Below are positions 10,427 to 25,113 of a stretch of DNA of 52,272 nucleotides, piece by piece. Source of the DNA: Octopus bimaculoides (lineage: Eukaryota); assembly GCF_001194135.2 (NCBI RefSeq), contig NC_069004.1, positions 244,924 through 297,195 of the forward strand. Direction: 5' to 3'. Within the stretch, counting starts at the first letter, position 1; every line of letters starts with the position of its first letter. The notes below the pieces were generated by a model. The model saw nothing but the letters and a program-made list of their open reading frames with translations, had not been told where the DNA came from and ran no database searches. The position numbers and the translations under genes were made by a program.

Positions 10427-10864
10427 TGTGTGTGTGTTAAGAAAACAGATCCAAGTAAGAAGGGAAAACTTACATTTTAAACCCCTGCAGTCCCTCTCAG
10501 ATTTGTGAGTTTGGATGTTCATCATCAGTGTGGACTCTTGGACAGGAACTATAAAAGAGACACAAGTGACATTGTCAACTAGGAATGGATGGCAGGAATT
10601 TGTGTGTTTGTGAGGGAGAGAGACAGACAGACAAACACACACAGAGAAAGACTGTTAGAAACAATGAAGAATTAAAAGTAAACATAAAACAGAAATAGGA
10701 ATGATAGATGGAGGCGAAAAAAAAGGGAACGAACAGGTCCTTGGCTGCTTCTGATACTTGTCTATCATCAGCTGGTGAGAGTGGCTTAATGAGGGCATGT
10801 CTGAGAGAGCCACCACAAACAGTAGTGATTGTAGTACGTATGTATACATGTGTGTGTACTTCAA

Positions 10865-11391
10865 ACATCTTACAAGAGTGCTACCATGAGCAAAGCAGGT
10901 TTACAAAGCAGTTTCCATGCTTTAGGAATGGTCACTTGTCACTTGAAAACCAACCTCATTCAGGATGACCGTCAACCTCTTGAATGAATGAAAACACTGA
11001 TCTTGGGGAACTATCACTGAACAATTGATGGACTTGCTGATATGACTGGTGTGTCCTGCAGCTTCTGCCAAAAAATTCTGAGTGAGGAATTATGAATGTA
11101 AAGAGTTGCAGCAAAATTTGTGCCTCACTTGCTCACAGAAGATCAAAAGCAGTCACGACAATGGGGGTCGTGATCTGAAAGAACACTTGGAAGTTGACCC
11201 AAACTGTTTTTTAAAGGTCATCACTGGAGACGGAAGCTGGTGTTACAGAATTCTTTGAAAAATGGAAAACATGTCTGGACCAATGCACTGCTTCAAATGG
11301 AGAATACTTTGAAGGTGATAAAAGTGTAAACATGTAAAACTAAGGGGAAAAAATAATATTGCAAAATTCCAGTTTCTTTTGGGTACCTCCT

Positions 11392-11393
<2 letters not shown>
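10865..11393 (+). mobile_element. Mariner transposase remnant with internal deletion
   Basis: Contains LQECY...FRNGHLSLENQPHSG, RVAAKFVPHLLTEDQK, KVITGDGSWCY, then directly EFFEKWKTCLDQCTASNGEYFEGDK and a TIR-like end ttccagtttcttttgggtacctccttg. The D34D catalytic region is deleted. Confidence 0.8.
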
Positions 11394-11435
<42 letters not shown>

Positions 11436-11643
11436 TCCACATATACACACAGACACATAGTTTCCATCCACCAAATCCATTCACAAGGATGAGATCCGGC
11501 TGTAGAAACTCTGCCTTAACAAATTCTGTCCAACCGAAGTAAGCTAGCAAATGCAAATATTCAACTGATGATGATACTCGGATGAACACATCCATATATG
11601 TATATATATATATATATATATATAATAAAGCATAAATCCAAAC

Positions 11644-11695
11644 CTTGTTGGCTGTGTCCACGGGCTTTTCCCGAATTAGAGGGCTGTCGACTCAT
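11644..11695 (-). CDS. SIAH: Siah E3 ubiquitin ligase, coding exon 1 (MSRQPSNSGKARGHSQQ + 1 nt)
   Basis: The minus strand reads ATG AGT CGA CAG (MSRQ, the same start as human SIAH1). An in-frame TAG lies 7 codons upstream. The phase-1 donor CAAG|GTTTGG fits the phase-1 acceptor of the RING exon. The ORF track missed this exon. Confidence 0.8.
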
Positions 11696-11717
11696 GCTGC
11701 TAGCATACAGCAACTAC
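11696..11717 (-). other. SIAH: 5' UTR part of the Siah ATG-containing exon
   Basis: The acceptor TTTTATCATTTCAG|GTAGTTG sits 22 nt upstream of the ATG, implying at least one further upstream exon. Confidence 0.6.
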
Positions 11718-13871
11718 CTGAAATGATAAAACAATAAAGTTTTTATAAATGGAATATTAAATAACAATTCAACATTTTATGCTTACATCATCAATGATGA
11801 TGATGATGATATTGATAATGGTTAAAGTAATAGTTGTAATTTTAGATTGTTGTTTAGACCAATATAGGATTGGTAGAGCTAGCAGACTGCTGATAATTGG
11901 TGTCTACTTTAGACAGAACTAAAATGAACTTAGTGGTGCCGAAGGATGAGGAGCAGTTTAACATCAAGAAATACATCCTACTGGATAAAACAGCCACCCA
12001 ACATGTGTGGGGCATGGTGGGATGATAGACCAATAAATTCAGCTGCAATATGAAGGACAAGCTGAGGGGCTAGGATTAGCAGGGAGGCCTCCAAGGGCCT
12101 AAGACAGGAGATAGTAACAAAGGCTTGTGGCTGGTTCTGAGGTCACCTAGAGGCCAAAGGACGTTCAACGAGCGAGATCAGGAGAACATGTCATGAATAT
12201 TGATTGAATGCAGTGTTTACTTCTTTTAATTTCTATAAATGGTTTCTTTGGCCAAAGCAGACACTGGAGCACAATGTAGTCCTCCGACTGATGCATGCCT
12301 GCATACAAGAAAGATGGCTGCGTGTATAACAGTGACACTCATTTACAACTAGCACACAATGTCAAGTATACATACACATATACATGCAATACACACACAT
12401 ATATACAATAGGTTTCTTTCAATTTATGTCTACCAAATCTACTCGCAAGGCTTTGGTCAACCCAGAGCTAAGGCAGAAGACACACACCCAAAGTCCCACA
12501 GAGTGGGACTGAACCCGAAGTCATGTGACTGGGAAGCAAAATAGGTTAAAAAAAGAAGAAAAAAGGCAAACATTCAAATTCCTATTTTCTTAAGCATCCA
12601 GAGTCTAACATCAGTTGGAAGAAATCGTCAACGTAATTAAAGAGGGTTTTGTTTAACAAGGAATGCATTACAAATTAATGTAAAACCGCTGGCATTTATG
12701 TGCTGCAGTAGTGCTGTTTATGGTTGCTGTTGTTGTTGCTAGATACTTGGAGATCAAGACAACAAAATAGGGTACCTGAGAATATTACACAAGTTGAAAT
12801 CCACTTCTCAGCTGCAAACTGGCACTCATGATAACATCATTGTTGACTGGCTGCAGTTATATATAGTAAGCACAACATTTTTACCCCACTTGCTGCTTTA
12901 TGGAGTGTGTCAAGATGTCAATTTCTGAAAATAAAATAATTTAATATTAATTATATCATCATCATCATAATAATCATTAATGTTTTCACATGCATTTTTC
13001 ATGCTTACATGACGAGTCAGATGAAATTTATTGAAAAAGATTTTTTTATGGCTGGATGCTCTTCCTGTCACCAGTCTATACCTATTTCCAAGCAAAGCTA
13101 CATCTTTATTTAGTCCAAATATGTTTTCATGGAAGTGTGCAAACAACACTGCTTGTATGATGGTACATCTGTTGACAATTTGTGCAGGAGATCAAGACAA
13201 GGACACATACACACGCACGATAAGTGCCTATAGTAAGTGAAGGTGAATGAAAGAATGAATGTACCATACTCTCACCCAGTCTGCATTTATACATTACAAC
13301 TGTTGAATGATAAATCATCCAACAAGTTAACCTGCCTCAAATCAGGGTTTTGGAATCTGCTTTTGAAGATGAAGAAAATAGCAGATTTGAAAGCTATAAG
13401 ATACAGGCATTCACTCACATCTTTTGAAACTACAGAATCAGCTACTCTAACTCATCCTACCTACCCCCCCCCCCCTTCCAATCTTACCCTTCCTCAATCC
13501 CACTCTATACTCTCTGCTTTAGTGAATCTTTTAACCTAGTTTCTACAGAGATTTCTCCCAAGAAACAATACTTGTGTGAAACATTTCACTTAACAAAACA
13601 ACAACAAAAAAACCTATCACTCCCAATCCCCTTTCTACCATGGTTACTAATATTGCTTCTAGCATCAGCGCAAGGACCTGAGGTTTAGAGGACGATACTT
13701 TAGTACAACTTCAGCTCTTTATTTTTCAAGATGGAAAAGATGAAGTTGACCTTGGCAAGATTTGAACTCAGAAATACTGTTTAAATATACACATAGCCGA
13801 AAGCAGGCTTTCAACTATCTGTGTGAACCTCTCAATCAACTTAGTTGCCAATACTAATAAAAATTCTTTAA

Positions 13872-14030
13872 AGGCAGTGAAGCTGGCAGAATCATTGGCA
13901 CATTGGGCAAAATACTTCGTGACATTTTACCCATCCTTATGACCTGAGTTCAAATTCCGTGATGGTTGACTGCCTTTCATGGTTGATAAAATAAGTACCA
14001 GTGGAGCACCAGGGTTGATGGAATCACTTT
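13872..14030 (+). mobile_element. tRNA-headed SINE, family B (further copies or fragments about 14890-15010, 18355-18510, 24130-24270, 30950-31090, 32850-32945, 35205-35320, 35860-35970)
   Basis: Recurrent motif gagctggcagaatc.ttagca...gggcaaaat...ctgagttcaaattcc...gttgact.tgcctttcat...gataaa.taagtaccag. Confidence 0.75.
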
Positions 14031-16639
14031 CAAAATTTGAAACCAATATTGATAAAAATTTGGTAGCTTATTGGTGATACTCTTAGAAATCTGAAAACAC
14101 CTAAGAAAAATTAATTAGAAGTAATAATTATTTTAAAAGGTTTTTGTTGTTATAAAACAGGGGTCTATGCAGAGTAGAATCAGCAGTGGTGCATCAGACA
14201 AAATATAGTTTGAGTTTTTCTTTTTTAAGCTATCATCTTCTTACATTCTGAGTTCAAATCCTGTGAATCAACTTTGTCTTTCATTCTTCCAAGTTCATTA
14301 AGCAATTACCAATCAAGCTATAATCAACTACACTCCTGAAGGTGGTGCCCCAGCATGGACATAGCTCAACGACAAGAAAGCGATAAAAGAATAAAAGACA
14401 AACAAAAATAAATAACCAAGATTTTTTCTTCTGTTATATACTGCAATTATGTACAATGCTAATTAAGAAATCAATGACAAGTATATATAAATAGGTATTG
14501 ATTTTAGGAAATATAAATAGCAACAAATAAATCATCTTTAAAATTACATGGATTAAAAATGGGAGGATTTAATTGATTCTATAAACGAGATAATATTTAA
14601 AAGATTTTTATCAACCTTAACAGGATTTGAACATGGAACATAAATGGGCATAACTGAATAAAACACAAGAGTTGTCTCATGTACTTGCCAAACAATATTA
14701 AGTCATTGAGTAACAATGATGATATATTTTTTTAATCCACAGCATAAATATTTCTGGTTATTTTTTTATAATGTTTCCAGCATCAAACTTAACTATTCTT
14801 ACTCGTGCAGATGATGTCATTTATGCCTTAAATAATTGTCTCAAATTTAAGGCATAAGGCTTAAGATCTAATTGATGAAATTAACTCCAGCACTTTATTC
14901 TAGTCCACCCCATAGGGACGAAAGACAAAGCTGACTTCAGCAAGATTTGAACTCATTAGGAATAAGGCAGGAACAAATACTGCAAAGCACATTTTTTCCC
15001 TACCCTCTAGGGATCCTGTTAATTCACCAGCATTTTAATATTCCAAGTAATGGCAAATTACTTTGCCTATTAATTTCAGCTGTGAATAAATTAGGTCTGC
15101 AGCAAAAACTAATAGACACCCACACTGCAAAATACATAACCCAGTACAGTTAATAAAATCCCAAAGTCCATAGAAACTTTGTTGGTTTGGCAAGTAGCAT
15201 CAGTATACTACCTTCTTTACTGTCTTTGTGCTTTTTCAAAGAGTGGGATCCTAGATCTGCAAAAATCATTTAACATCATCACCATTTAAATGTCTACTTT
15301 TCTGTACTTGCATGGATCAGACAGAATTTGTTGTGGTAGATTTTCCATTGCTGAATGCTCAACTTCTTGCCAACTTTTGCTTGTTTCCAAAGAAGGTAAT
15401 ATTTGCCCAAGGCCAGACATATTTTTTACAAAAGACTGGAAAGTGGACAACCTTGATTGTATAACAATGATGCTCATTTACAACCATCACATGTTATAGA
15501 GACAAGGGTGCACATACAAGGCTGTGGTCAACCCAATATGCCACGTTATGGGACTGCTGAGAAAAACAAAAGCACAAAACAAATAAATTTTTGTTATTTG
15601 TGCTGTCCTGGAAATTTTAAAATACCTCACTCAGGAAAAAGGACCTTGCTCAGAAAATGAACACACAAATCTCCTCATGGCATACAAACTTAACCAAATT
15701 TGCAAACTAATACAATTAGATTACTTTGAATATGTAATGGTTGAGAGGACCAGATTACTGTTCAGTATTGGATTAATGGTTTTTATCACAAGAGGATTAA
15801 ATAAACCTACTAACTCACTAACTATCCACTCCACACTACTTTAGAATGTTCATGCCAACAAAGAAGCCTTTAGAGAGTCACTGAACCTGTTACAAAAATA
15901 ACAGCCAAATACACGTTAAATTTCTCTCAACATCTTTAAAAAAACGTACATATTGGACAATGTAGTCCTAGATTTCCAAAAACAGGAGTTTGCGACTCCA
16001 ATCTACTCAAAGCATTAGTTTGAAGCTTAAACAGTACTAAAAGGGATCTATAAATGATAAAATCTAAATAGGGGTAGCGTGAAAAAATCTGGAGTAAAAT
16101 TTATTGATCTAGCATGGAAGATGGACGTTAAATGATGAGGATACAAAATAGCTGACGTTTACTTCTGTTATTTACACTTTCAGAATGCTGAAGACTAGGC
16201 TTTTGGATCCGACTGAGCAATTTTCTTACCAATACTATTGATTAATCCCTGCCAGTTCTTCTCTTAACAGCATTTAACCTCCCAGAAAAAAAAAAAAATT
16301 TAATCACTTCATCAGAATTTGAAGAAAAAGTGAGAGATATTAATCACCTTAAAGCAGCCAAGACATTCTTATAAAATCTCTCTGTATTTACTTAAAAAAC
16401 AAAAGATCATCTATTTATTGTTGCCACAGCAGTGAAAATTTACAGCGTTGAACATCTTAAGTAGAAAGATTTAGAGATTTGGAGAAACTGCAAAATCAAC
16501 AACATTCTATCTTTCATACAATTCCATACATCTTTCTCTCTCTCTCTTTCTACTCACACCACAGGCCAATGACACTTGTGGTACTTTGTTAAATCCTTAG
16601 ATCTCATAGTAAGCATAGGAGGTTATTAGGAATTAGTAA

Positions 16640-16890
16640 TCATCATCAACATTTTTAAAAGACACTTTTCCATGCTTCCATGGACCAGATGGAATTTTAT
16701 TGAGGCAGATTTTCTATGACCAGATGCCTTTCTTATCACCAACCCTCACCTATTTCCAAGTAAGGTGATAAGACTTCCCCTGGCCAAACATATTTGTCAC
16801 AGAAGGCTGGAAACAATGTTGCTTGTATGACAGTGCTGCTCATTCGCAGTCATAAAAGTGTAGAAAAGTGGACACACTAAATGATGATGA
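16640..16890 (-). mobile_element. Retroposon with (GAT)n tail, family D (related pieces about 5870-6045, 6880-6990, 13040-13200, 15270-15470)
   Basis: Recurrent motif catcatc...cacttttccatgctt.catgg..cagatggaatt...tgaggcagattttcta...ccagatgcc.ttc.t.tcaccaaccctcacct.tttccaagtaaggt. Confidence 0.7.
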
Positions 16891-17855
16891 GTTACAAGGT
16901 TGTGCTCTTGAATGAACACCCGACATACTTTTCTAGTGTCTTTCTACCCAACTTAATGCACAAGGTATGGGTCGACCCAAAGCTATTGAAAATGACATTT
17001 ACCCAAGATGCTATGCAGTGGGATTGAACCTAAGACCACATGGTTGCAAAATAAACTTCTTAACTATTCAACCAATAGACAGACAGACAGGTAATCTTTT
17101 ACTTGTTTCAGTTATTGGACTAAGTTCATGCTGGGACACTGCCTTGAAGGGTCTAGTTGGACAAATATATCTCAGTACTTCTTTTGCTAAACCATTAAAT
17201 TATGGGGACACAAACAAACCAACACTGGTTGTCAAATGGTGACAGGGGACAAACAAAAACACACACACATACATATGATAGGCTTCTTTCAGTTTCCAAT
17301 TATCAAATTCATTCACAAGACAATGGTAAGCCCAGGGCTATAGAAGAAGAGACTTGCCCAAAATGCCATCCAGATTCATATGCCATGGAGGAGACATGGA
17401 CTCTGCCAGTTGCAATATGCGCAACTTATCTAGGAGAGCAGGCACTTCGAATAAAACCTGATAGGAGACAGAAAAGACTCTTCAATCTTAACCAGAGATA
17501 ACCTTTCTAGAGTGGTCACACATTAAATTTGTACCCAGTTCATGTTGTAAAATGGTAAGTGACAGGCGGAGCATCCTGGTCTAGAAATGTTGGTAACAAA
17601 AAATAATTGTCAAACTCATAACACAGGCAACAAACAAGGCTGGGTTCTCTGTTACTAATGAGTTCTAGCCAACTGATGTGAGCAGAACAACAGACATAAC
17701 ACTGATAAAGACGGTAGGTGCGTGCGTGTGTGCGTGTGTGTGTGTAAAATCACATACATACCATTATACACAAACACACAAACACACAAATATATATATG
17801 GTATAAATCAGTTCACCTAAGTAATGCAAACATTGACTGTATATGCTAACAGTTT

Positions 17856-17929
<74 letters not shown>

Positions 17930-19600
17930 AAAAAAGAAAAACACTAGACTAAATATAAATTATAAACAGATGCATGAAATCTAAATATGAAAGCAGAGAG
18001 CCTGTTAGCAAATGTCTAAATACCAATGTTTGTATGGGTCAGAAATGAGTTGTTTGTAAAGCTTCATATTCTGACCTTAGTTTGAAACTGCTTAAACTCA
18101 TTGCTGCCTAATTTGCATAATGGCTTAGAGTTGAGCAATTATACTAGAAACCTGTAATCAACAACACTATTCACAAAATTCTTAGTATAATCTAAAAGAA
18201 AAAAAATAACAAACTGGATCATTAAAAATAATGCTATTACTGGTAAGATGATAGTATTTTTACTCGTTAAGTATAACAATAATTTTCTAGTATAGGCAGA
18301 AAGCCTGAAATCTTCGCAGGAGGGGGGGCTAGTCAAATTAGTTGAAGCTCAGTGCTCAGCTGGTAGTTATTACTATCAACCTGGAAAGGATGGATGAAAG
18401 GCAAAGTTGATCTCTGCAGAATTTGAACTTGAAAACAGAAAGCTGGAAGAAATAGAGGTAAACATTTTATCGGGCTTGCTAACAATTCTGCCAATTTGCC
18501 ACTTTAAGCAATAATAATTATGATTTCTGACTTAAGCATAAAGCAAGTGATTTTGAGGGGAGGGGTTAAGTTAAGAGCACTGACTCCGGTATTTGAGTGG
18601 TAAGCTATTTCATTGATTCTGGCACTCTGTTGGTTACAGCAGATCAGCTGATCAACAGTACAGCCTGCTCGTTAAACCAATGTGCAAGTGACTAAGCACC
18701 CCACAGACACATGGACCCTTAATATAGTTTTCTTGAGATCCAGCAAGGCACAGAATGTGACAAGGCTGGTGCAACAGCAAATAAAATATCTCGCTCAAGA
18801 AAACAATGAGAAACCAGAAATTGACCTCATGACCTGACAATTGAGCCAAATGGCCGAAACACTAAGCAGGGAAGAAAAGGCAAAGCTGATTGTGGCAGAA
18901 TTTGAACTCAGAATATAAAGAGCCAGAACAAATACCAAAAAGAAACTTTTTTCAACACTATCAATGCTGCTAACCCATAGCCCTTTAGAATAACAACCCC
19001 CCCCCCCCCAAAAAAAAACTGTTTCTAAGAAAGGCACAAGACCAGAAATTTTAGATTGAAAAAAAAAAAAAAAAAAAAAAAATCAATTATACTGACATCA
19101 CTGGACCAATGTCTAATAAATCAACTCGACCTTAGAAGGACAGAAAGGTACAAAGGGAATAGATGATCTCAGTGGGATCTAAGCTCAGAATGCAAGCACC
19201 ACAAGGTATTTTTGCTGATACTTGAAAAATTCTGTCAGCCTTAACAATAATAACAACAAAACCTGAACCCTAATAACACCCAAAGAAAAATATCCAACTC
19301 GCGTTACTTGAGGTCTCTGGGCAGGAATAGAAATAGAAAACAATACGGCAACAATAAAGAATAATAATTTCTTATAGAATACTGATTAATGTGGAAAACA
19401 GATGAGGTAACCTTCATGCTTTTCTCAGCTCATTAGCAATGTAAGGAAGTGGCTGCTATGACAGAAGAGGCAGGAAAGTAGGTCATAGGCTTAAGATAGT
19501 TGAGATCTCCCTAGAATTTCACTTAACGATGCAGTCGAAGAGTTAGAATGGTGGTATATATAGTTGTAAGTTAATAGGTATGTTTGTGTCTATACACTCA

Positions 19601-19637
<37 letters not shown>

Positions 19638-19663
19638 TTATGTGAGTGTTTATATACATGTAT

Positions 19664-19704
<41 letters not shown>

Positions 19705-22279
19705 CATACACATTTTAACAGTCTATATATATATTTGCATGTATGCATACTTACGCATATATGGTACATGTTTTTGTTGTGTTTGTGTATTATATTTAAA
19801 TACACTTAGATATGCAGATCTGAATTTATGCAAGTGTATGGGGGTATTGTATGCATGCATCTATGTCAGACACACACGTAAATGGAATGAGGAAGGAGAG
19901 TGAAGAGACGAGGAGGCATACAAAACACAATCATCATCATCATCATCATTTAACTATGATGTCCGTGCAAGGATGGAGCATTCATATACAATTGTACACA
20001 CACACACACACACACACAAATATGTACTCATACATATAAATACACAGACATCAATAGTGAACACATCATAAAGATGTACTTACAAGAATGTTATTAATTA
20101 TGTTATGAGAATCACCAGTGAAGAACCAAGAAAGGACTTTGGTAAATGAGTCACTAAGACCACCACTACAGTAAAAACTCTTCAAGTAGATTCTCAAGAA
20201 CTGACCATTTTGTTGTTTTTTTTTTCTTCAGCCATATGAACCACACAAACAACCCAGTCAAGCTGATAAGGTAATAAGAATAAGCAAACACTTGAGAAGT
20301 TAGTACAAGCTAGTGAGTGTGAGTGTGAGTGTGAGTATGTGTGTGTAGGGTGGAAGTATGTATGGAAGAGTGGTTGTGACGAAAATGACAAAATATTCTT
20401 TTCTACTCTAGGCACAAGGCCTGAAATGTTTAGGGAAGGAGCCAGTCGATTAGATTGATCCCAGTATGCAACTGGTACTTTTGAACTCCTCAAATGTTAG
20501 CATGTGGGGCAAAATACTTTAGCGGTATTTTGTCTGTCTTTATGTTCTAACATTTCTGCCAGCTCGCCACCTAGAAAATGACAAAAATATTGTTAAACTT
20601 TGTAATATTTTTTATCAATTTTTACTTGTTTCAAACATTAAACTGTGGCCATGCTGGGGCACTGCCTTGAAGAATTTTTGGTTGAATGAATTGACCTGAA
20701 TACTAACTTTTTTAAAGCCTAGTACCTATTCTATCAGTCACTTTTGCTGAACCACTGTCAAGTGGTGGCTGGGGGACAAACCAACACAACAAACTTCTTT
20801 CAGTTTCCATCAACCAAATCTACTCACAAGGCTTTGGTTGGCCTGGGGCTATAGTAGAAAACACTTGCCCAAGGTGCTATGCAGTGGGACCGAACCTGGA
20901 ACCATGTGGTTGGGAAGGAAGCTTCTTACCACATGAGTAGCCATGCCTGCATCTCAGAAGATGCTGTCATCATTTCACATCTTGTTTTTCCATGCTTACA
21001 AAGGGTGGTCACATCTTCTTGGGCATAGTGTTTTCTTACCACTTGCCATAGCAGCACATCTTGAAACTGTGCCATCATCTTTCTTTCTCTTCTACAGGTT
21101 CTTCCATTTCAATCACTTGGCACTTCTTTACTCAACTGTCATCCTTCACACACATAATATNNNNNNNNNNNNNNNNNNNNNNNNNATATATATATTACAT
21201 GTCTGTACTCGCACAGTCTCTTTCTTGCACACTACATTTGGTCAGAATGAGATGATTGGGTATGTCTGTTTGAACTCTGGTGATTTGGCAGTTTTAACTG
21301 GATTTAACTAAGCCTGTTTTGGCGACAGTAATTTTTGGCACTGGAAGAAAACAAACACACATGCACATTCGCAAATAAATACACACACATACAGCTAGAG
21401 AGTGAGACGATACATCTGGTGCAAATACTTTCCTTATCCTCATAAGTGAAATATGCTCACATAAACAAAAGGGAGAGAATGAGAGAAAGAAAATGTCTGA
21501 TATCAAATAAGTCAGCATTGAATAAGTAATGCCAAATAGATGGGTCCATATCAGCTGTAGAAACGTTTCATATCTCTTATACCAGCTATTTTTTCCCTGT
21601 CTCAACTTATACCTTGTTATTCATGCACACTAACATTACACAACTAGTGAAGCATGTTAACCTAATTTCTCTCCAGTTTTAGCACCTCCTTCACTTCCAG
21701 TGCTCGTGTTTCACTATCATACAACTCTGCACACAAATATCAAACAAACTACCCTTCAGTCTGAGAGAACTCCTTCAGTGCTGAAGAAGTACCCTAGACT
21801 TTTCTAAACTCATTCTCTAGCTCTAGTTCATGTTCTAGCTACTGTGCTTTCAGAAAACACCACAGCTAATTAGATCCCCTGCTGAGGCTCAAACAACTAC
21901 TTCTATGGAGCCTTTCAAAGAATTTAATTTACCAACGCTCATATTGCTAATTACCGTTGTGCACAGACACATCCTATATGAGTGGGGAAAAACCACTTGA
22001 CACAATACTATATCATCATCATCATCATCATATTTATGCATATAAACAAGCACATAAATGCAAAACAAGGTGGAAAAAATAGTACTCAAATATTGAAGGT
22101 AGAGTAATATGTGATTTCTATTAAAGCTGCAAAAACATTCTCGTTTGTTGAGCAGTTGTGATCAAGATTCCATTCTGGATCACAACTGCCCCGACAAATG
22201 GGAACGTGAAAGTCTGAGTAGTAGAAGTTTTTGTGATGTTTTTGCAACTTTAATAAAAAAAGTATATCTGTCTGTATGC

Positions 22280-22382
<103 letters not shown>

Positions 22383-23609
22383 TTTCTATTTTAGTCCAAC
22401 TCATACCAGCATAAAATATGGATGTTAAATGGTACACACACACACACACACATCTTGCACATATATTTTTGACTCATAAAAAGTATACATGTACACACCT
22501 TGCAAACATCAATGCATTTTACATATGTTTATCTGTATGTCTTGTGACCATACATGTTTTATGTAAGAAACACTCACACACCTAGATTTTCTGTTAGTAA
22601 ATTTACTTTATGTGTGTGTGTGCTTTACAAATATGGGTTGTGCATGTAAGTGGGATAGTGATGATGAAATGCTTCCATGGTTTTCAGGAGCGGGGAGGAT
22701 AGCAATTGTTTTTACAACTAGCTGATGGATTCATCCATTAACTATACCTGCTTGCAGACCACACAAACTGAGCTGTGAAGAGGGGTGGAAAAGGAGGGAA
22801 TAATAAATTTCATTGTTATCTAAGCAGACAGAAAGACAAACAGACTGGCAGCATAATATGCTTTACCTAGGGTTACATTTATTCATCTAATGCAACACAT
22901 CAAAATAAAGTAATCACACTAAATATATGTGTGCTTATGCATAAGTAAATATTTTATCTATACATATATATGTATGTATATATATATGCGCATGCACACA
23001 CACACACACACACACACACTCTATTTTGGTTGTTTTTCATGCCAAGAAAAAAAAAGAAAAGAAAAAGAGACCATTCTTCGCAGCTAATTTTAGCTGAACA
23101 TGGCATCAAGCACAATGGTTTATCAATGGTTTTTCACATTTCTAATTTTTTCTTTCCACCACCCCGTCTACACCCATGTTCATACACATACATTACACCC
23201 AATGTGTATGTCATGTTGACCTACAATAGTTGAAGAGAAGTTCAACAGCACTCATTAACCTTACCAGTCAGGGAGGGTCTGCAAAGGTGATGGGCACTGC
23301 CCCCCCCCCCCGCACTGTTTGTATGCCTAACTAGTATAAAAAAAAAAAATAATAATCCAAAAACATTGTAACAACCAACACAGTAGTTTTTTACACAAAG
23401 GTAAAGAGATGGCCGAAGTGGGTTAAGTCAAGGACACTCACTTAACTGGTATTGAAAATATGAACACCAAGCCTTTCTGATGATGGATTAACCATGGCCA
23501 TATAAATATGGGTGCGTAGTTATAAAGTTTGCTTCTTAACCACATGGTTCTGGTTTCAGTCCCACTTCATGGCACCTTGAGCGTCAACTAAAGGTTCAAG
23601 AATGGATTT

Positions 23610-24075
23610 GGGTGGAGTTGGAGACCTGCAAAATCCTCTGGGATTTCCCAATCCAAGCAGATCAGATGCTATGAGCATAACAAGCCGGACCGAGCAGTGA
23701 TGGACAAGGTGTTCTATCTAGTTGATGTTGCTTGCCTCTTTGACCAACAAATAGTCGAGGAAGGAAGGCAAAAAATAGATAAGTGTGAAATAGTTCAGCT
23801 ATGGAAAATGAAGAAGGTGAAGATAGTGCCAATTATTGTTGGTTTTTTGGGGACAGTATCAGAAGGCATCAAGAGGACTATAAAGGAAATTGGAATTAGA
23901 GTGCTCAGTTGAGCTATTACAAAAAGGTTGCCTCTTTGGCAGGACCAGAATAATCAAGAGAGTATAAGATAGCTGAAAAGAATAAGTAGCAGAGTAGTGT
24001 AGGTTGCAGGTAGCAAACCTGCAATGATTGCAAGACTTCAGGTGTTCCATCAAAACCTAAGTTAATAATAATAAT
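23610..24075 (+). mobile_element. R4/Dong-clade non-LTR retrotransposon, RLE C-terminus plus (TAA)n tail
   Basis: Translates to KILWDFPIQAD...HNKPD...FYLVDVACLFD...LWKMKKVKIVPIIVGFLGTV...ELLQKGCLFGRTRIIKRV, ending in taataataat. Confidence 0.8.
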
Positions 24076-24997
24076 TTTAATTTTTAGCACAATGCCAGAA
24101 ATATTAAGGAAGAGGGTTGGTCAATTAGTGCTCAACTAATACTGATTTTATCTACCCTGGAAGGATGAAAAGGAAAGTCGACCTTGATGGAATTTGAACT
24201 GAGAATGTAAAGACGGAAGAAAAGCTGCTAAGCTTTTGTCCAATGTGCTAATGATACCATGACTTTGTGATCTTAGTAATAGTAATAATAATAATAATAA
24301 TAAGGCCAGCAATTCCAAGGAAGGGAATGCTCAATTGTATATCTGGTGTGCCAAGATTGATTTATCACCATTAATTAGTCTTTTTAAATTTCAATTATTT
24401 AAAAAGAAAAAAATACAATTTTAAAAAATATCAACTGTGAAAAGGTTCTGGATATTTCTAAGATGTTTTAATTATATAACGAAAATAGATTTAATAAGTA
24501 AAAAAAGAGAATATAAGGTAAAATAGAAACAACCTATAAGCTCATTGTCATACATAGGCGAATATCATTAGAAAGGAAGCATATGAGAGAGAGAGAGATG
24601 TATTGAAACCAAAAGATACGAATCAAAGATGATATAAAACGCTGAAACACAGACACACATTCTCTCTCTCTCTCCTCCCTCTCTCATCACTGTTCTCTGC
24701 CTTTCAGAGAATTAAGTTAATGGTAGGTTGTGATACACTTTCTCTGCCAATTACATGACAATTAATTGAAGTATAGCAATATAATGGCTGACTGCCAGTA
24801 TGAAGTCTTGTTAGTCTCAATAGTTGAGGTTGGATAGGGTGAGGTGGAATTGAGGTGGTGGCAGAGGAGAAACATACTGAAGGTGTGTAAAAAAAGTAGA
24901 GAAGGAAGAAGGAGGCAGAAGATGAAAGAGCAGGAAGAAAGGAGAGGAAAAAAAAAAAACATGAAAGAAGTTATTTTCAGATTGACTTCAGAAATGA

Positions 24998-25113
<116 letters not shown>

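Noticed and set aside
9866-10642. Long ORFs in the ORF track here and at 39126-39387 and 48162-48753
   Set aside because: Their length comes from runs of N in assembly gaps.
11850-12200. Possible second HERO-like RLE fragment on + (LVELADC**LVSTLD...)
   Set aside because: The similarity is too weak and fragmentary to support without a profile search.
23265-23278. 14-nt microexon on - (TTTGCAG|...CTG|GTAAGG)
   Set aside because: The donor is good, but such short AG/GT pairs arise by chance and there is no other support.
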